Translations under genes and position numbers: made by a program
In this document: piece after piece, positions 47,941-58,359 of the stretch
Numbering within the stretch: the first letter of the stretch is position 1
Layout of the letters: each line of letters begins with the position of its first letter
Source: a virus
Lineage: Duplodnaviria; Caudoviricetes
DNA: 64,000 bases
Direction: 5' to 3' (one strand)
IMG/VR virus record: IMGVR_UViG_2684623229_000001
Coordinates: 1 to 64,000 of that record
Notes under the pieces: model-generated
What the model was told of the DNA's origin: nothing
Databases searched by the model: none
Seen by the model: only the letters and a program-made list of their open reading frames with translations

Positions 47941-50900
47941 TTAAGATGTACTAAAGTTTAAATTCCTTATCATTACTTCATTCTTTCTCATTATTTCACT
48001 TGGAGATAATTCTTTAGGGCTATTAAAAGTAAAACTATTGTGATTTACTATACTTTTTCTATTATCAATAGTGCTTGAAGTTACATTACTAGAATACTGT
48101 TTAATTGAATTTATCGCGGAAGATTGAGCAGCCATTGAATTTAAAGCTGAATTTCTAGCAACCTCAAAACTTTCCTGTATACTAGCTATCATGTCCTTAA
48201 GTTCCTCTATTTTAGGCTTAAAGCCCTCTACAAGTTTTTCTCCAAGACTTTGTCCCGCTTGTTGATAAGCTTCCTCATAAGAATGTAACAATTCAATAAT
48301 TTCCTTTTGATTGTTGTCCATTATAATTCTTTCGGCTTCAGCCTGGAGTGCTGCATCATTAGTTTTTTTAGCACAGAAACTTCTATAATCCTCAAGTTGT
48401 TTTTCTAAACTTTGTCTATTGCTTTCATATATAGAATTAATATTTTTTAATTCATTTTCTTTTTCTTCCTGTAGTTGCTCTTTTTGCTTTTCTAGTTGTT
48501 CTTTATGAATCCTTTTTTCTCTCTCTTTAAGAAGATTATTAAGTTCCTTCTGGATTTCAATTTTGTTAAATTCATTATGTTCATATTCTAATGCTGTCTC
48601 AAGCTGATTTATTTTTTTTAGTTCTTCTGCATTCTTATCAGCTTTATCTTCTTCTACAAGTTGTTTATCTATCGCTTCAATCTTAGCATCATAAAAGCTC
48701 TCTATTCTTTTTATAGATTCATCTTTCCATCTATCTAAATTTTTAAGCTCATTATTTATGTGATCTTCTTGTGCCTTTAGTTCATCTTCATATCGTTGCT
48801 TTAATGCTGACTTAATTCTATCAACCATATTATTAATACTATCAGATACTTTTTTATCTGCTTCTTTTTGAGCATCTATAATCTTTTGTTTTGCATCATC
48901 AACTGCGTTGCTCATGTTAATTAGTTCAGTTTTAGCCTCTTCAAGGGCTTTCTTAGCTTTTACAGTTTCCTCTGCTGTATATCCAAAAGTTTTTGCTAAT
49001 TCTTCATATCTATTTTTAAGAACCTCTATCTTTTGTCCCTGAAGAATAACTATTGCTTGATGGTTTAATAAATTTTTATTTAAATCTTTAGTATCAATAC
49101 CTAACCTTTTTATAGCCTCATTGAATTCATTCAATATATTATTAAATGAATTCTCTTGTACTTTAAGAGATTTTTTAACTTCTTTTTCTCTCTTGTCTAG
49201 TAATTTCATACCATCATCATAATATTCTTTAAGCGCCCTTTTTGAACGCTCTAAGCTGTCAACTTGTGCTTTCTGATTAGCTTTAGTAGTATTCAAAACT
49301 TGTTTCTGATACTGTCTTAAAGCAGCTATCTGATTAGCATAATTAGCCTTGGCATTTTTATCTTTAGTATTCTTTTGCAACTTTTGATAATAGGCTATTT
49401 GTGAATCTATTCTTGCCTTTTCTGTTTGTAATTCTATAGAATTTTCATTCTTAAGAATTCTTAGCCTATCTTCTATACTCTTAGATCTATTATCATAGTC
49501 TTCTTTTAGATATTCCTTACTCTTTTCAATTTCTTCTTTATTTAACTGATCTATAAACTCCAAATACTTCTGATATTCCTTTTTACTATTAGCTCCCCAA
49601 TTTAGCTGCCTTGCTAATCTATCTTTCATTACACTTTCTGATACACCAACTCGAGGATTAACAGCTACACTTTCTTTAGCCTCCGACATGGCTTCTTTTG
49701 CAATATTTTCAGGATTATTATTAGCCTTATTATCTCCTAACAATGATGTTAATATCTTTTTAGATTCTCGATTATTAAATACTTTTTCTCCACCGTTAAA
49801 TAATCTATACTGTCTAGATGCTACTATTTCAAATCCATCTTCAGCGACCTCATGTAGTCCAGGGCTTGCATAATCAGTACCAGTAGCATAACCTTTAGGA
49901 TTTCCAACTTGCTTTTTAGACAATCTTTCTTTCATAGAGTTTGATTGTGTATTATTGAATATCTTAGTCCCCTGAGGCAAATCTACTAGTTTAGGTCCTT
50001 TACCTGGTAATTGTATTAATTCGCTGCCATCTTCATCAACCCAAGTTAAACCACCTTCAAAATAGCTTGTTCCTGTCCATTTTTGTGGCACATTGGGAAC
50101 AAAAGGCTGATTTGGATGAATAACTTGTTGAACTACACTAGCAATAAAAGGATGTTTGCTTAGCCAGCTTTGTGCATTAGAATGTGCATCATGTATCCAA
50201 TCAAAAAGATTATAATTTGTCTTAGCTTGTACTTCTATAGCATTATTCCATATAGCTTGTTTCTTACTATCATAACCGCTTACAATAGGTTGAAACTTGG
50301 CCCCGTTTTTTAAATCTTTATCTATATCTTCTCTTGCTTTAATAGGATTACCATATATTTGTCCAGTACTTACATCCCAAGCACCAACTATTTGCCCAGT
50401 GGCTTTATCTACTTCTACATAACAATTATGCATTTGGCCTGTTACATTATCTTTGATTTGATAATATCCAGTCTTTGTTATGTTAAGCATACCATTCATT
50501 TTTGATGCGTAAGTATTCAACTCTATCTGCTTTTGTTGTTCCTCTTTAGTTAAGAGTGTTCCATGTTGCATATCTATATAGTTTATTAGTTGTGGATATT
50601 TTTCTATTGCTGCGTCTAAATATCCTTGATACTTTTCATTTTCTACACCTATTTCTTTTTCTTTTGCACCTTCTAATTGTTTTATTTTATCCTCAATTAA
50701 CTTTTGTGTTTCCTTATCAGCATCCTTAGAATACAATTTTAAATATTCTATTTGCTTATCATAATTTTCTTTTGTTTTCTTTATTTCTTCATCTCTAGCT
50801 TTTGCCTTTGATTCCATCAACTTAGATACTCCTTCCATATCTAAGTTTTTCATTCTAGAGTTAAAATCAGCTTGAGCTGCCAAAAGTTCTTCTTTAGATT

Positions 50901-52557
50901 TAACAGTGTTTTTCATTTCAATTGACCCAATTTGCTGGGTTAATTTTTCAACTTCTTTTAGGGTCTTCTGTCTAACATCTCCAGTTTCTTTACTAGCTCT
51001 TTTTTCTAAATCTAATATTTTTTTCTTTGTATCTTGAATCTTTTTTATTTGATCATTTCCACTTTTATTAAGAGAATCTAATATTTTTTTCTCATTTGCA
51101 TCTAATCCATCAGCCTTAAAGCTATCCTCCAAAACTTTTTTTATTTCAGGTTGCTTAGATTTTATTTTATTAATAGCACTGTTACATATATCATCCAGTT
51201 TAGCATTAAGGTTTCTTCCAGTTTCAGCATCTGCTAATTTATCTAGTTTAGCAGCTCCTTCTACTTCAATATTATAATTAGCTATTTTATTAGCTATGCC
51301 ATCTAAAGCTTTTTGAGTTTCTGGACTTACCTTTTTACTCCACTCCCTATGTTTTACATTCATTTCTTCTAATTGTTTATTGGTGCGAATAACATGTCCA
51401 TTTAGTCCCGCCATTGCAGTTTCCATAGTTCCCATATCTTCAGCACTTTTTATACAACTGTCATTTAAATATTGTGTATTTTTATGTGCTAAATATATAG
51501 CTCCTCCAACTGCTATAATTCCTGCCGCTACTGGTAATGCTATACTACCAACTGCTCCAAGTCCTCCTGCAAATAAGCCAAGTCCTCCTGAACCTCCAGC
51601 AACTTTTGCAGCTGTACCTACACCTTCAACTGCGGTAGCTACGGTCGAAGCCTCTTTAAATATTCCGAAAAATACTCCTACTTTTTTTCCTGTTTTAAGT
51701 AGAGTACCTACACCTTTAACGGCACCACCTAATCCACTTATAAATGGTCCTAATGCCGCACTAGCAAGTCCTGTCTTAATTATGAATTCTTGTGTAGCAG
51801 GACTTAATTTATTCATCCAATCTGCAAATTGCGATATTAGATTTATACCTTTTTCTACAATTGGGAGTGCCTTTATGCCTAATTCCATAAGAGAATTTTT
51901 AGCTTTATTCATAGCCTTAACAAATTTAGTTTCTGTAGATTCTTCCATCTTATTATATGCATCTTCTAAAGCAGTAGTATTAGTTTGCATTTCTTGCATA
52001 GATGCATTATATTTTGCTATCCCATTTTCACTAGTTAACATTAAAATACTGTTTAATCCTTCTACTGAACCAAACATAGTAGCCATAGCACTTACTGGCG
52101 AATCTGCTGCTTGTGCCATTCTCTCCAAATCTTTACTTGCATTTTTTTGTACTTTACTTAATTCCTTATATTCTTTAGTACCTTTCTTTCCTGCATTTTC
52201 TAGCTCAAGCATTTTATGAGCATTATTGCTCATGCTTTGACTTAATTTATCAAATTCAGGACTCGCATTAGATAATCCTTTCTTTACATCTTGCAAAAAT
52301 CCCATCCAGCCCTTACTCTGTAGAGCTGAAACAGAAAAGTCTATACCTAATTGTTCTGCCGCTTCCCCTGCTTCTTTTGAAGGCTTTATTATATTAGACA
52401 TAGCTGCCTTAAGTGCTGTAACTGATTCTGCAGTAGCAAGACCTTGTGCAGTTGTACTTGCTAAACTAGAAAACAGTTCCTCTGTTTTAATTCCAAGTGA
52501 AGCAGCTATTGGAGTTACTTTACCTACTGCACTTGCAAGCTCACCAAAAGTTGTTTT
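47941..52557 (-). CDS. Tail tape measure protein, exon 2
   Basis: Begins KTTFGELAS, continuing the TP901-type TMP core from exon 1 (...LITQNLG); predicted spliced product 1965 aa. Confidence 0.9.
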   Translation of the reverse strand, partial: KTTFGELASAVGKVTPIAASLGIKTEELFSSLASTTAQGLATAESVTALKAAMSNIIKPSKEAGEAAEQLGIDFSVSALQSKGWMGFLQDVKKGLSNASPEFDKLSQSMSNNAHKMLELENAGKKGTKEYKELSKVQKNASKDLERMAQAADSPVSAMATMFGSVEGLNSILMLTSENGIAKYNASMQEMQTNTTALEDAYNKMEESTETKFVKAMNKAKNSLMELGIKALPIVEKGINLISQFADWMNKLSPATQEFIIKTGLASAALGPFISGLGGAVKGVGTLLKTGKKVGVFFGIFKEASTVATAVEGVGTAAKVAGGSGGLGLFAGGLGAVGSIALPVAAGIIAVGGAIYLAHKNTQYLNDSCIKSAEDMGTMETAMAGLNGHVIRTNKQLEEMNVKHREWSKKVSPETQKALDGIANKIANYNIEVEGAAKLDKLADAETGRNLNAKLDDICNSAINKIKSKQPEIKKVLEDSFKADGLDANEKKILDSLNKSGNDQIKKIQDTKKKILDLEKRASKETGDVRQKTLKEVEKLTQQIGSIEMKNTVKSKEELLAAQADFNSRMKNLDMEGVSKLMESKAKARDEEIKKTKENYDKQIEYLKLYSKDADKETQKLIEDKIKQLEGAKEKEIGVENEKYQGYLDAAIEKYPQLINYIDMQHGTLLTKEEQQKQIELNTYASKMNGMLNITKTGYYQIKDNVTGQMHNCYVEVDKATGQIVGAWDVSTGQIYGNPIKAREDIDKDLKNGAKFQPIVSGYDSKKQAIWNNAIEVQAKTNYNLFDWIHDAHSNAQSWLSKHPFIASVVQQVIHPNQPFVPNVPQKWTGTSYFEGGLTWVDEDGSELIQLPGKGPKLVDLPQGTKIFNNTQSNSMKERLSKKQVGNPKGYATGTDYASPGLHEVAEDGFEIVASRQYRLFNGGEKVFNNRESKKILTSLLGDNKANNNPENIAKEAMSEAKESVAVNPRVGVSESVMKDRLARQLNWGANSKKEYQKYLEFIDQLNKEEIEKSKEYLKEDYDNRSKSIEDRLRILKNENSIELQTEKARIDSQIAYYQKLQKNTKDKNAKANYANQIAALRQYQKQVLNTTKANQKAQVDSLERSKRALKEYYDDGMKLLDKREKEVKKSLKVQENSFNNILNEFNEAIKRLGIDTKDLNKNLLNHQAIVILQGQKIEVLKNRYEELAKTFGYTAEETVKAKKALEEAKTELINMSNAVDDAKQKIIDAQKEADKKVSDSINNMVDRIKSALKQRYEDELKAQEDHINNELKNLDRWKDESIKRIESFYDAKIEAIDKQLVEEDKADKNAEELKKINQLETALEYEHNEFNKIEIQKELNNLLKEREKRIHKEQLEKQKEQLQEEKENELKNINSIYESNRQSLEKQLEDYRSFCAKKTNDAALQAEAERIIMDNNQKEIIELLHSYEEAYQQAGQSLGEKLVEGFKPKIEELKDMIASIQESFEVARNSALNSMAAQSSAINSIKQYSSNVTSSTIDNRKSIVNHNSFTFNSPKELSPSEIMRKNEVMIRNLNFSTS

Positions 52558-53657
52558 CATCAGTTATATATAGGCTCTTTATCCTATACTCTCCTAGTTT
52601 ACTAAGAGTGTCGGACTATCTCTTTACCCTCATCTTTATATGTTAGGGTAGTGGATTTCGTGGATATTTCTGCATATAAAAAAGGCACTCTATTGAGCAC
52701 CTTAATTACTTAGCCTACTTTATCTAGTCTCTACGCCTTTCTAATGATTTCTCATTAGCTTGGCTCGGGATTAGCATATAAATTTTAATTTCATTATTCG
52801 GAATACCTAATTTTCTTATTCTATGTCTTAGAACATATATGGAAATATTGTATTTACTACTTATTTCCTTAAGTGTTAGTCCTTCAATAATTACAGCATC
52901 TTTTCTTAATTTATAACGCCTAACCAATTTATCTATGGTTATTTCTTGTTTTGAATTTAATAGTTCAAAATATCTACTAACTATAGTTTTATATTCAAAA
53001 CCATTTTTTTCTGCAATTTCACCTAAAGTCATATCTTCTATTTTAACTGTTATTCTTCTATTTCTTTCGTTAGTTTTATAATCTACCCATCTACAATTAT
53101 CTGGACAATAACCTCTATCATTATCTTCTCTATCTAGAGTAAGATTTTCCTCGTATCCGTTTTTAATTGCCCATTCATGAAATTTTTCAAAATCTAGCCA
53201 TTCTTCACAAATAGTAATTCCCCTAGCTCCATAATCTTTATACCTTTGAGAATTAGGATTTAAGCATCTTTGTTTTATAGATTTCCATCTATTATGTAAT
53301 GATGTTTTTGTAAATCCATGAACTTTATTGGCTTCCCTAGCTTTTTCTTTTTGATAACAACCACATGAAGTAGTTGATCCACTCATTAAATGACCAGCTT
53401 GAATACTTTTTATTTTTCCACATTTACACTTACATATCCATTTAGTTCTTTTAGAAGAATAATCTCTTTCTATAACAATTAGCTTCCCAAATTTTTTTCC
53501 CGTTAAATCAATTAGTTTCGGCATTTTAATCACCTCAATTTTATTATAACTTAAAATTAAGGTAATCACTATAAAAAAATTAAAACTTACTTAGCTTTCC
53601 CCGAATTAACCCACTAATTTATGCTACAAGTTTCCTTGTAGCCGAGCAAACATCTTT
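52558..53657 (-). mobile_element. Group I self-splicing intron (1100 nt) in the tape measure gene
   Basis: 5' splice site after U with P1 U.G pair (UUGGGU|AAA-GAUG-UUU-GCUCGG); P2 with GAAA tetraloop; P3, P4 and P7 pairings; S element AAAGAGAUAGUCC; terminal G; in-frame exon join. Confidence 0.92.
52724..53524 (-). CDS. Intron-encoded HNH-type homing endonuclease
   Basis: ATG at 53524 after GAGGTG; DLTGKKFGKL, W.CKCKCG, SCGC, YGARGI.ICEEW, TLDR.DND.GY.PDNCRW. Confidence 0.85.
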   Translation of the reverse strand: MPKLIDLTGKKFGKLIVIERDYSSKRTKWICKCKCGKIKSIQAGHLMSGSTTSCGCYQKEKAREANKVHGFTKTSLHNRWKSIKQRCLNPNSQRYKDYGARGITICEEWLDFEKFHEWAIKNGYEENLTLDREDNDRGYCPDNCRWVDYKTNERNRRITVKIEDMTLGEIAEKNGFEYKTIVSRYFELLNSKQEITIDKLVRRYKLRKDAVIIEGLTLKEISSKYNISIYVLRHRIRKLGIPNNEIKIYMLIPSQANEKSLERRRD

Positions 53658-54938
53658 ACCCAAATTTTGTGTAATTAACATCTGGTTTGAAATGTCTATG
53701 GCTTTATCTGCTTCTAATCCATATGAATTTAAAACAGTAGTTAACCCATCAACTGCAGTGGATGTTTCTGTAAAGCCACCCTTTGCAGCTTTTACTGCTA
53801 CATCTAAGAAATCAACTGCTTTAGCAGTATCTACTGAGCCGGAAATAGCTTGATATAAAGATTCATTTAATTCTTTAGTACTCATTCCCGTTTTATTAGA
53901 AAGGTCAATTACTCCTCTTTTTAAATCTTCTATTGGAACTTTTGTAGTATCTGCAATTGTACTTACCTTAGCAGCACCAGTTTCAAAGTCAAACGCAAAC
54001 TTAGTTGCTGCAGTACCGGCACCTATAATAGGAAGAGTAACATGAGTTGTAAGTTTATTACCTATACCTTGAAGTGTATCTCCTACTTTATCAAATGTTT
54101 CATATTTTTTATCTATCTTTTCAAATTCATTACCTAGTATTTTCAGCTTACCAGCAAAAGTAGTAGCTTCTTTTTCTGTCTTTTTTAGTTCAGAGCCAAG
54201 TTCTGCATGAGCTATTTTTAAATCTAGTATTTTGCCTTTATATTCTTCAACTTCTTTAGAATCTTTACCATATTCCTGTTCTACTTCTTTTAAAAGAGAT
54301 TCATGTTTCTTTATTTCACTATCTAGTAAAGACATTTCTTTTTTTAGTTTATTCATCTTTTCAGAATTATCAAATATACCTTTGCCGCTTTTTTCTTGAG
54401 TTAAATCAAGCAGTTTATAAGATTTTTCTAAGTTACTTATTTGAGTGCTTGTTTTTTGATAACCTTCATCAAGATTTTTCAATTTATCAGCTACAGTAAC
54501 TGTAATTTTACTAGCTTTCTCTAGTTCTTGTGACAATTCTGAGTGCTTTAATTTTAAATCTAATACATGAGATTTATAATTTTCATATTCTTTTGAGTTC
54601 TCGCCGCATTTTTTACCTATGTCTTCTAAAGTCTTTTCAGACTTTTTAATCTCATCATCTAGTAACTTCATACTAGATTTATAAGCTTCAATTTTTTTAC
54701 TATTATCTTCTAAGCTTTTACCACTGGCTTTATTAGCATTTTCCCAAAGCTTATAACTTTTCTCTATATTAGATACTGCAGTATAAACTGACTTATCCAT
54801 TATAGAGCTAGATTCTTGAGCTTTAGTTTGTAGCTTATAAAAGCCCTGTATCGCTTTTGATACAGAGCTTTCAAACTTATCTAGTCTTAAATCAAGACTG
54901 GAATATATACTCCCTAATTCTACACCTATGTTATTCAC
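53658..54938 (-). CDS. Tail tape measure protein, exon 1
   Basis: 427 codons; LTTHVTLPI.G.G.AA.K, LYQAISG, KAAKGGFT TMP core; ends QNLG at the splice site. Confidence 0.9.
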
Positions 54939-54956
54939 CTCCTATTTTGAGGTATA

Positions 54957-54984
54957 AAAAAAGAACCGCATAAGCGATTCTTTT
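54957..54984 (-). terminator. Terminator of the lipoprotein moron
   Basis: - strand AAAAGAATCGC-TTAT-GCGGTTCTTTTTTT. Confidence 0.65.
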
Positions 54985-54998
54985 AATATATTATATTT

Positions 54999-55628
54999 TT
55001 ATTTTATTAACTTTGCTGCTCTAAAATATGGCAATGCTTTCAAATTTGCTTTAGCCTCTTTGTTATTTGGATCTAATTTAATAGCTTCTTCTGAAAGACT
55101 AGCAGCTTTGTCCAAATCTTCTGTTTTATTTCCTTTACCATACATATACATACGTGCTAATTGATTTAAAGAAAGACTAGCTAATTGGTTTCCTCTTTCC
55201 TTACCAAAATATATTTTCCACTTACCATTATCATTTACAACATATCTCTTATATGTTAATTTTGATTCTTTATTTTCATAAAGATCTTCGCCTTTTCTAG
55301 TGATATTAAATTCTGCAATATTCTTAAATTCTATATCCTCTAAGCTACCTTTGAATTCTTTAACTTTTTCAACTCTTAGATCCTTTAATTTATATATTTC
55401 TTTTTCAGTATTTATCCACTTAATAAAATCTTGTTTTCTAAAATCTTTTTTACTTTCTTCACACAAAGTTTCATAAGCACCTTCTGCATCTCCATCTTTT
55501 ATACTGTCGTAATAAGCATTTAAAGTTTCTTCTGGTCTTCCTTTTGGAGCACAACCCACTAATGCTATTAATGTAAAAGATAAAATAAGTACAAATAACA
55601 ATGAAATTTTATTAAATATTTTCTTCAT
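54999..55628 (-). CDS. Lipoprotein moron (NTF2-like domain + TPR/Sel1-like C-terminus)
   Basis: Lipobox LVGC; PEETL..YY..I..GD.E.AY; ..NGKWKI; AIKLDPNN.EA; own promoter and terminator. Confidence 0.75.
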   Translation of the reverse strand: MKKIFNKISLLFVLILSFTLIALVGCAPKGRPEETLNAYYDSIKDGDAEGAYETLCEESKKDFRKQDFIKWINTEKEIYKLKDLRVEKVKEFKGSLEDIEFKNIAEFNITRKGEDLYENKESKLTYKRYVVNDNGKWKIYFGKERGNQLASLSLNQLARMYMYGKGNKTEDLDKAASLSEEAIKLDPNNKEAKANLKALPYFRAAKLIK

Positions 55629-55703
55629 GCAATCCCCTCCAATATGTAAATATATATTAATTATATAACATATATTACAATATTGGAACGGTTACCCTAA
55701 TCA

Positions 55704-55958
55704 TTACCCTAAAAGCATCTTTAATCCTGGATTATCTTTTCTATCTTTGTTTTTACTTTCAAATCGTGGTTTTTCTCCATTCTCTATTCTATATATAAAC
55801 TCTGTAATAGCCTCATCAATGCAGTAAGCTGCATACTCATTTTCAATTCTTAATACCTCACTTGGTGTCTTATGATACATCTTCACCATTGTCATTAGAC
55901 TTATTATCTTTTGACTTTTTACGAAATGGCTCCAAGGTTTGCACCCCGTGCACTGCAA
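55704..55958 (-). CDS. Tail assembly chaperone, frameshift extension
   Basis: +1 frame relative to 55870..56289 from TTT_CGT; PSE...YAAYCIDEA. Confidence 0.7.
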   Translation of the reverse strand: MQCTGCKPWSHFVKSQKIISLMTMVKMYHKTPSEVLRIENEYAAYCIDEAITEFIYRIENGEKPRFESKNKDRKDNPGLKMLLG

Positions 55959-56289
55959 AATTATATATTATTATTTTTTGTTCATCTGTCATTCCTATAG
56001 CTTCCTGAACTTCTTTAAATCTTGGCTCAACCATTGTTGTTTCACAAAATAGTTCAGCAAGTTCATTAACAGTTTTTAAACTATCTTCATCTTTTCCTCC
56101 TGGACCTTTGCCTTGGAATAAATCTATTACAGGTCCCATAAGTGGATTAGGTATCTTACCTTTAGCTGCTAAATCTAATAAATTAACTCTTTGTAATTTA
56201 ACTGTAAATGTATCTTCCACATCCCATCCAGGTAATTCTACTTCTATATATTTTTTAGCTTTTAATTCCTCTATATTTGTTACCACCAT
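55870..56289 (-). CDS. Tail assembly chaperone
   Basis: After tail tube; LLDLAAKGKIPNPL. Confidence 0.75.
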   Translation of the reverse strand: MVVTNIEELKAKKYIEVELPGWDVEDTFTVKLQRVNLLDLAAKGKIPNPLMGPVIDLFQGKGPGGKDEDSLKTVNELAELFCETTMVEPRFKEVQEAIGMTDEQKIIIYNFAVHGVQTLEPFRKKSKDNKSNDNGEDVS

Positions 56290-56346
56290 ACTAATTCCTC
56301 CTAAAATTTAAATTTAATAAAGAGAGCATATTATAGCTCTCAGTTT

Positions 56347-56973
56347 TTAAGGTTCTTGATTATCTATAATGTTAGATTCTTTTTTACTCTCTTCTATGTC
56401 TTCCGGTAATGAATCAACGAAATCTATGGATTTTATAGGCAATTTAGCTTTAGTATTTTCCCTACATTTAATTTCAAATTCTGGTGAAAAGAAGTCCTTT
56501 TTAAATCCCATTTTAAATGCTTTTCCAGTACATTTGTTAAACGTTACTTTAGCATAATTCTTAATATCTTCACCTTCATAATTTGCCACAAATATATCAG
56601 CTTTAAATGGTTTTATTTTAGAACCTTCACTAAGCATTGGTGTATCATATCCCACAATTTTAGTAGGATCATCTTTATCATAACGAATTTTTCCACCTTC
56701 AATTAATGCTGCTACTGTTAATTCAAATGTTGTATTTTTCATTTTCAATTTATAACCATATACTAAGTCTGGAGTACTAGCTGTAGCTAATATCTTTTGA
56801 TCATCCCTTAGCTGTTTTTCTTGTCCTTGTGATATCTCTGGATCTGTTTCTACTTCGCTATCGCATTGAATATTAATTGGCTTTCCACCACTTAATGGTA
56901 ACCCTGTAAGTTCATCTAATGGTGTTAAAATTACTTTTTTAACATTATATAAAATTTCTCCTGTTGTACTCAT
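56347..56973 (-). CDS. Major tail tube protein
   Basis: 208 aa between terminator and chaperone genes. Confidence 0.75.
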   Translation of the reverse strand: MSTTGEILYNVKKVILTPLDELTGLPLSGGKPINIQCDSEVETDPEISQGQEKQLRDDQKILATASTPDLVYGYKLKMKNTTFELTVAALIEGGKIRYDKDDPTKIVGYDTPMLSEGSKIKPFKADIFVANYEGEDIKNYAKVTFNKCTGKAFKMGFKKDFFSPEFEIKCRENTKAKLPIKSIDFVDSLPEDIEESKKESNIIDNQEP

Positions 56974-56976
56974 AAT

Positions 56977-57315
56977 TTAAATTACCTCCTTCGGTATTTT
57001 GTATTTTAATCTTCTAAAATAAGCTTTCTTTTCATCATCTATAAACTCCGGTGTAATATCACCTGTGAATTCTAATTTTTCATTTAAGGGTTTCTGGACC
57101 TTGTTTAACATTTCATCAAGTACAGTTATATCTCCTAAAGGAGCATATAAAAAAACATGAACAAACTGCCAACCACATTGACTGTTATTCATGCTTGATA
57201 ATTGATTTTCAAATTTTAAAACTACGTAAGGTTTTATGCACTCTCCTTCATGTTCTCCAATTGCATAACAAGGATATATAGGATCTACTAAGTCAAATAT
57301 TTCTTTCCTTGTCAC
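56977..57315 (-). CDS. Tail terminator-like protein
   Basis: Synteny. Confidence 0.6.
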   Translation of the reverse strand: MTRKEIFDLVDPIYPCYAIGEHEGECIKPYVVLKFENQLSSMNNSQCGWQFVHVFLYAPLGDITVLDEMLNKVQKPLNEKLEFTGDITPEFIDDEKKAYFRRLKYKIPKEVI

Positions 57316-57316
57316 A

Positions 57317-57691
57317 TCATATCACCCCTACCGAATCAACAATTTTCTTCCATCCATCAATAAACTTAGGAGCAAACTCTTGTATAGCTCTTTCAAGTAT
57401 TGCATATTTACCTTCATTGCATAATTCAAGATAAACTCCATAATCTACTTGATGGCTTAATGCAACCATTAATGTATTGGTATTTGTCCATTTTACAGTG
57501 GCTGTTAAAAATAACCTTGCGTGAGCCGTTCTATCCGTCCATACTACATTTTCTTTAGCCCATTTTTCCATCTCCATGGCTATATTTTGAGCATCTAGTG
57601 CAAGAGCCGCTTTAAACTTTGGAGTAAATTCTTTTAACTTTTCCATAGCTTCATCTAATCCATGCATTTCTAGTTTACAACCATCAGCCAT
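57317..57691 (-). CDS. HK97 gp10-like protein
   Basis: AKEN..WTDRT.HAR, H.VDYGVYLEL. Confidence 0.75.
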   Translation of the reverse strand: MADGCKLEMHGLDEAMEKLKEFTPKFKAALALDAQNIAMEMEKWAKENVVWTDRTAHARLFLTATVKWTNTNTLMVALSHQVDYGVYLELCNEGKYAILERAIQEFAPKFIDGWKKIVDSVGVI

Positions 57692-58052
57692 TCTTAATCA
57701 CTTCCAAATCGCTATTATAGACATCCTTAATAATCATTCCTGGATAAGTTACTATATATTTATAACCATTAGCTTCAAAGTAATCTCCCTCTTTTATTTC
57801 TATTCCTTCAGTTACTGCAAACATTGAAATACCTCTAGTTCTTTTAACAGTTCCAGATTCTTTTACATTATCTAAAATTAAATTATGCTTAGTATCATCA
57901 AGAAATATATCTAATTCAGCTACTTTATTGGGCTTTTCTGTACCACCTCTCATACCATTACTTGTATTTATATTTCTCATAAGAATTATATGTGTTGGCC
58001 TTTTAGCTATACTCTTCTTAGCCTGCAATTTTATTCTCTCTACATTTATCAT
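57684..58052 (-). CDS. Head-closure-like protein
   Basis: Synteny; IKEGDYF...G.KY.V. Confidence 0.6.
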   Translation of the reverse strand: MINVERIKLQAKKSIAKRPTHIILMRNINTSNGMRGGTEKPNKVAELDIFLDDTKHNLILDNVKESGTVKRTRGISMFAVTEGIEIKEGDYFEANGYKYIVTYPGMIIKDVYNSDLEVIKNG

Positions 58053-58357
58053 TGACCATCAGCTCTCCCCATTGATGTTTTATAGCCAATATTATTCCTG
58101 TTCCCTGATAAGCTTCTTTCATAATCACTTTTATATTGTTCGGCAAGTCCTAACCAATAATCTCTATTGCTTTCGGTTTTAAGAGGTCCAAGATTCGTTC
58201 CATCATCAGCAGTAGCTTTTAATAAACAGCCTTTCCAACTAGATTTAAGTACATCATTTTCATTGTTTTCTAGTAATATTTGAAGTTCAGCACCCTCAAA
58301 ATAAGGATATTGTCTTTCCTGCAAATTAAATTTTAATAATTCAATAGGTGTAGCCAT
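58049..58357 (-). CDS. Head-tail adaptor-like protein
   Basis: Two genes after the capsid gene; homologous to 21966..22250. Confidence 0.7.
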   Translation of the reverse strand: MATPIELLKFNLQERQYPYFEGAELQILLENNENDVLKSSWKGCLLKATADDGTNLGPLKTESNRDYWLGLAEQYKSDYERSLSGNRNNIGYKTSMGRADGQ

Positions 58358-58359
58358 AC

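Noticed and set aside
49780-50080. Duplicated motif in the TMP (WTGT...GLTWVDEDGSELI / YATGT...GLHEVAEDGFEIV)
   Set aside because: A common motif in the C-terminal part of siphovirus tape measures, not a separate system
51380-52219. 279-aa + strand ORF and other + strand ORFs overlapping - strand genes (e.g. 4371, 14766, 18912, 31505, 36187, 60082)
   Set aside because: Antisense shadows of well-supported genes, with no recognisable motifs
47941-54938. Tape measure pseudogene disrupted by an insertion sequence
   Set aside because: No transposase, terminal inverted repeats or target duplication; a full group I core and exact in-frame splice junction are present
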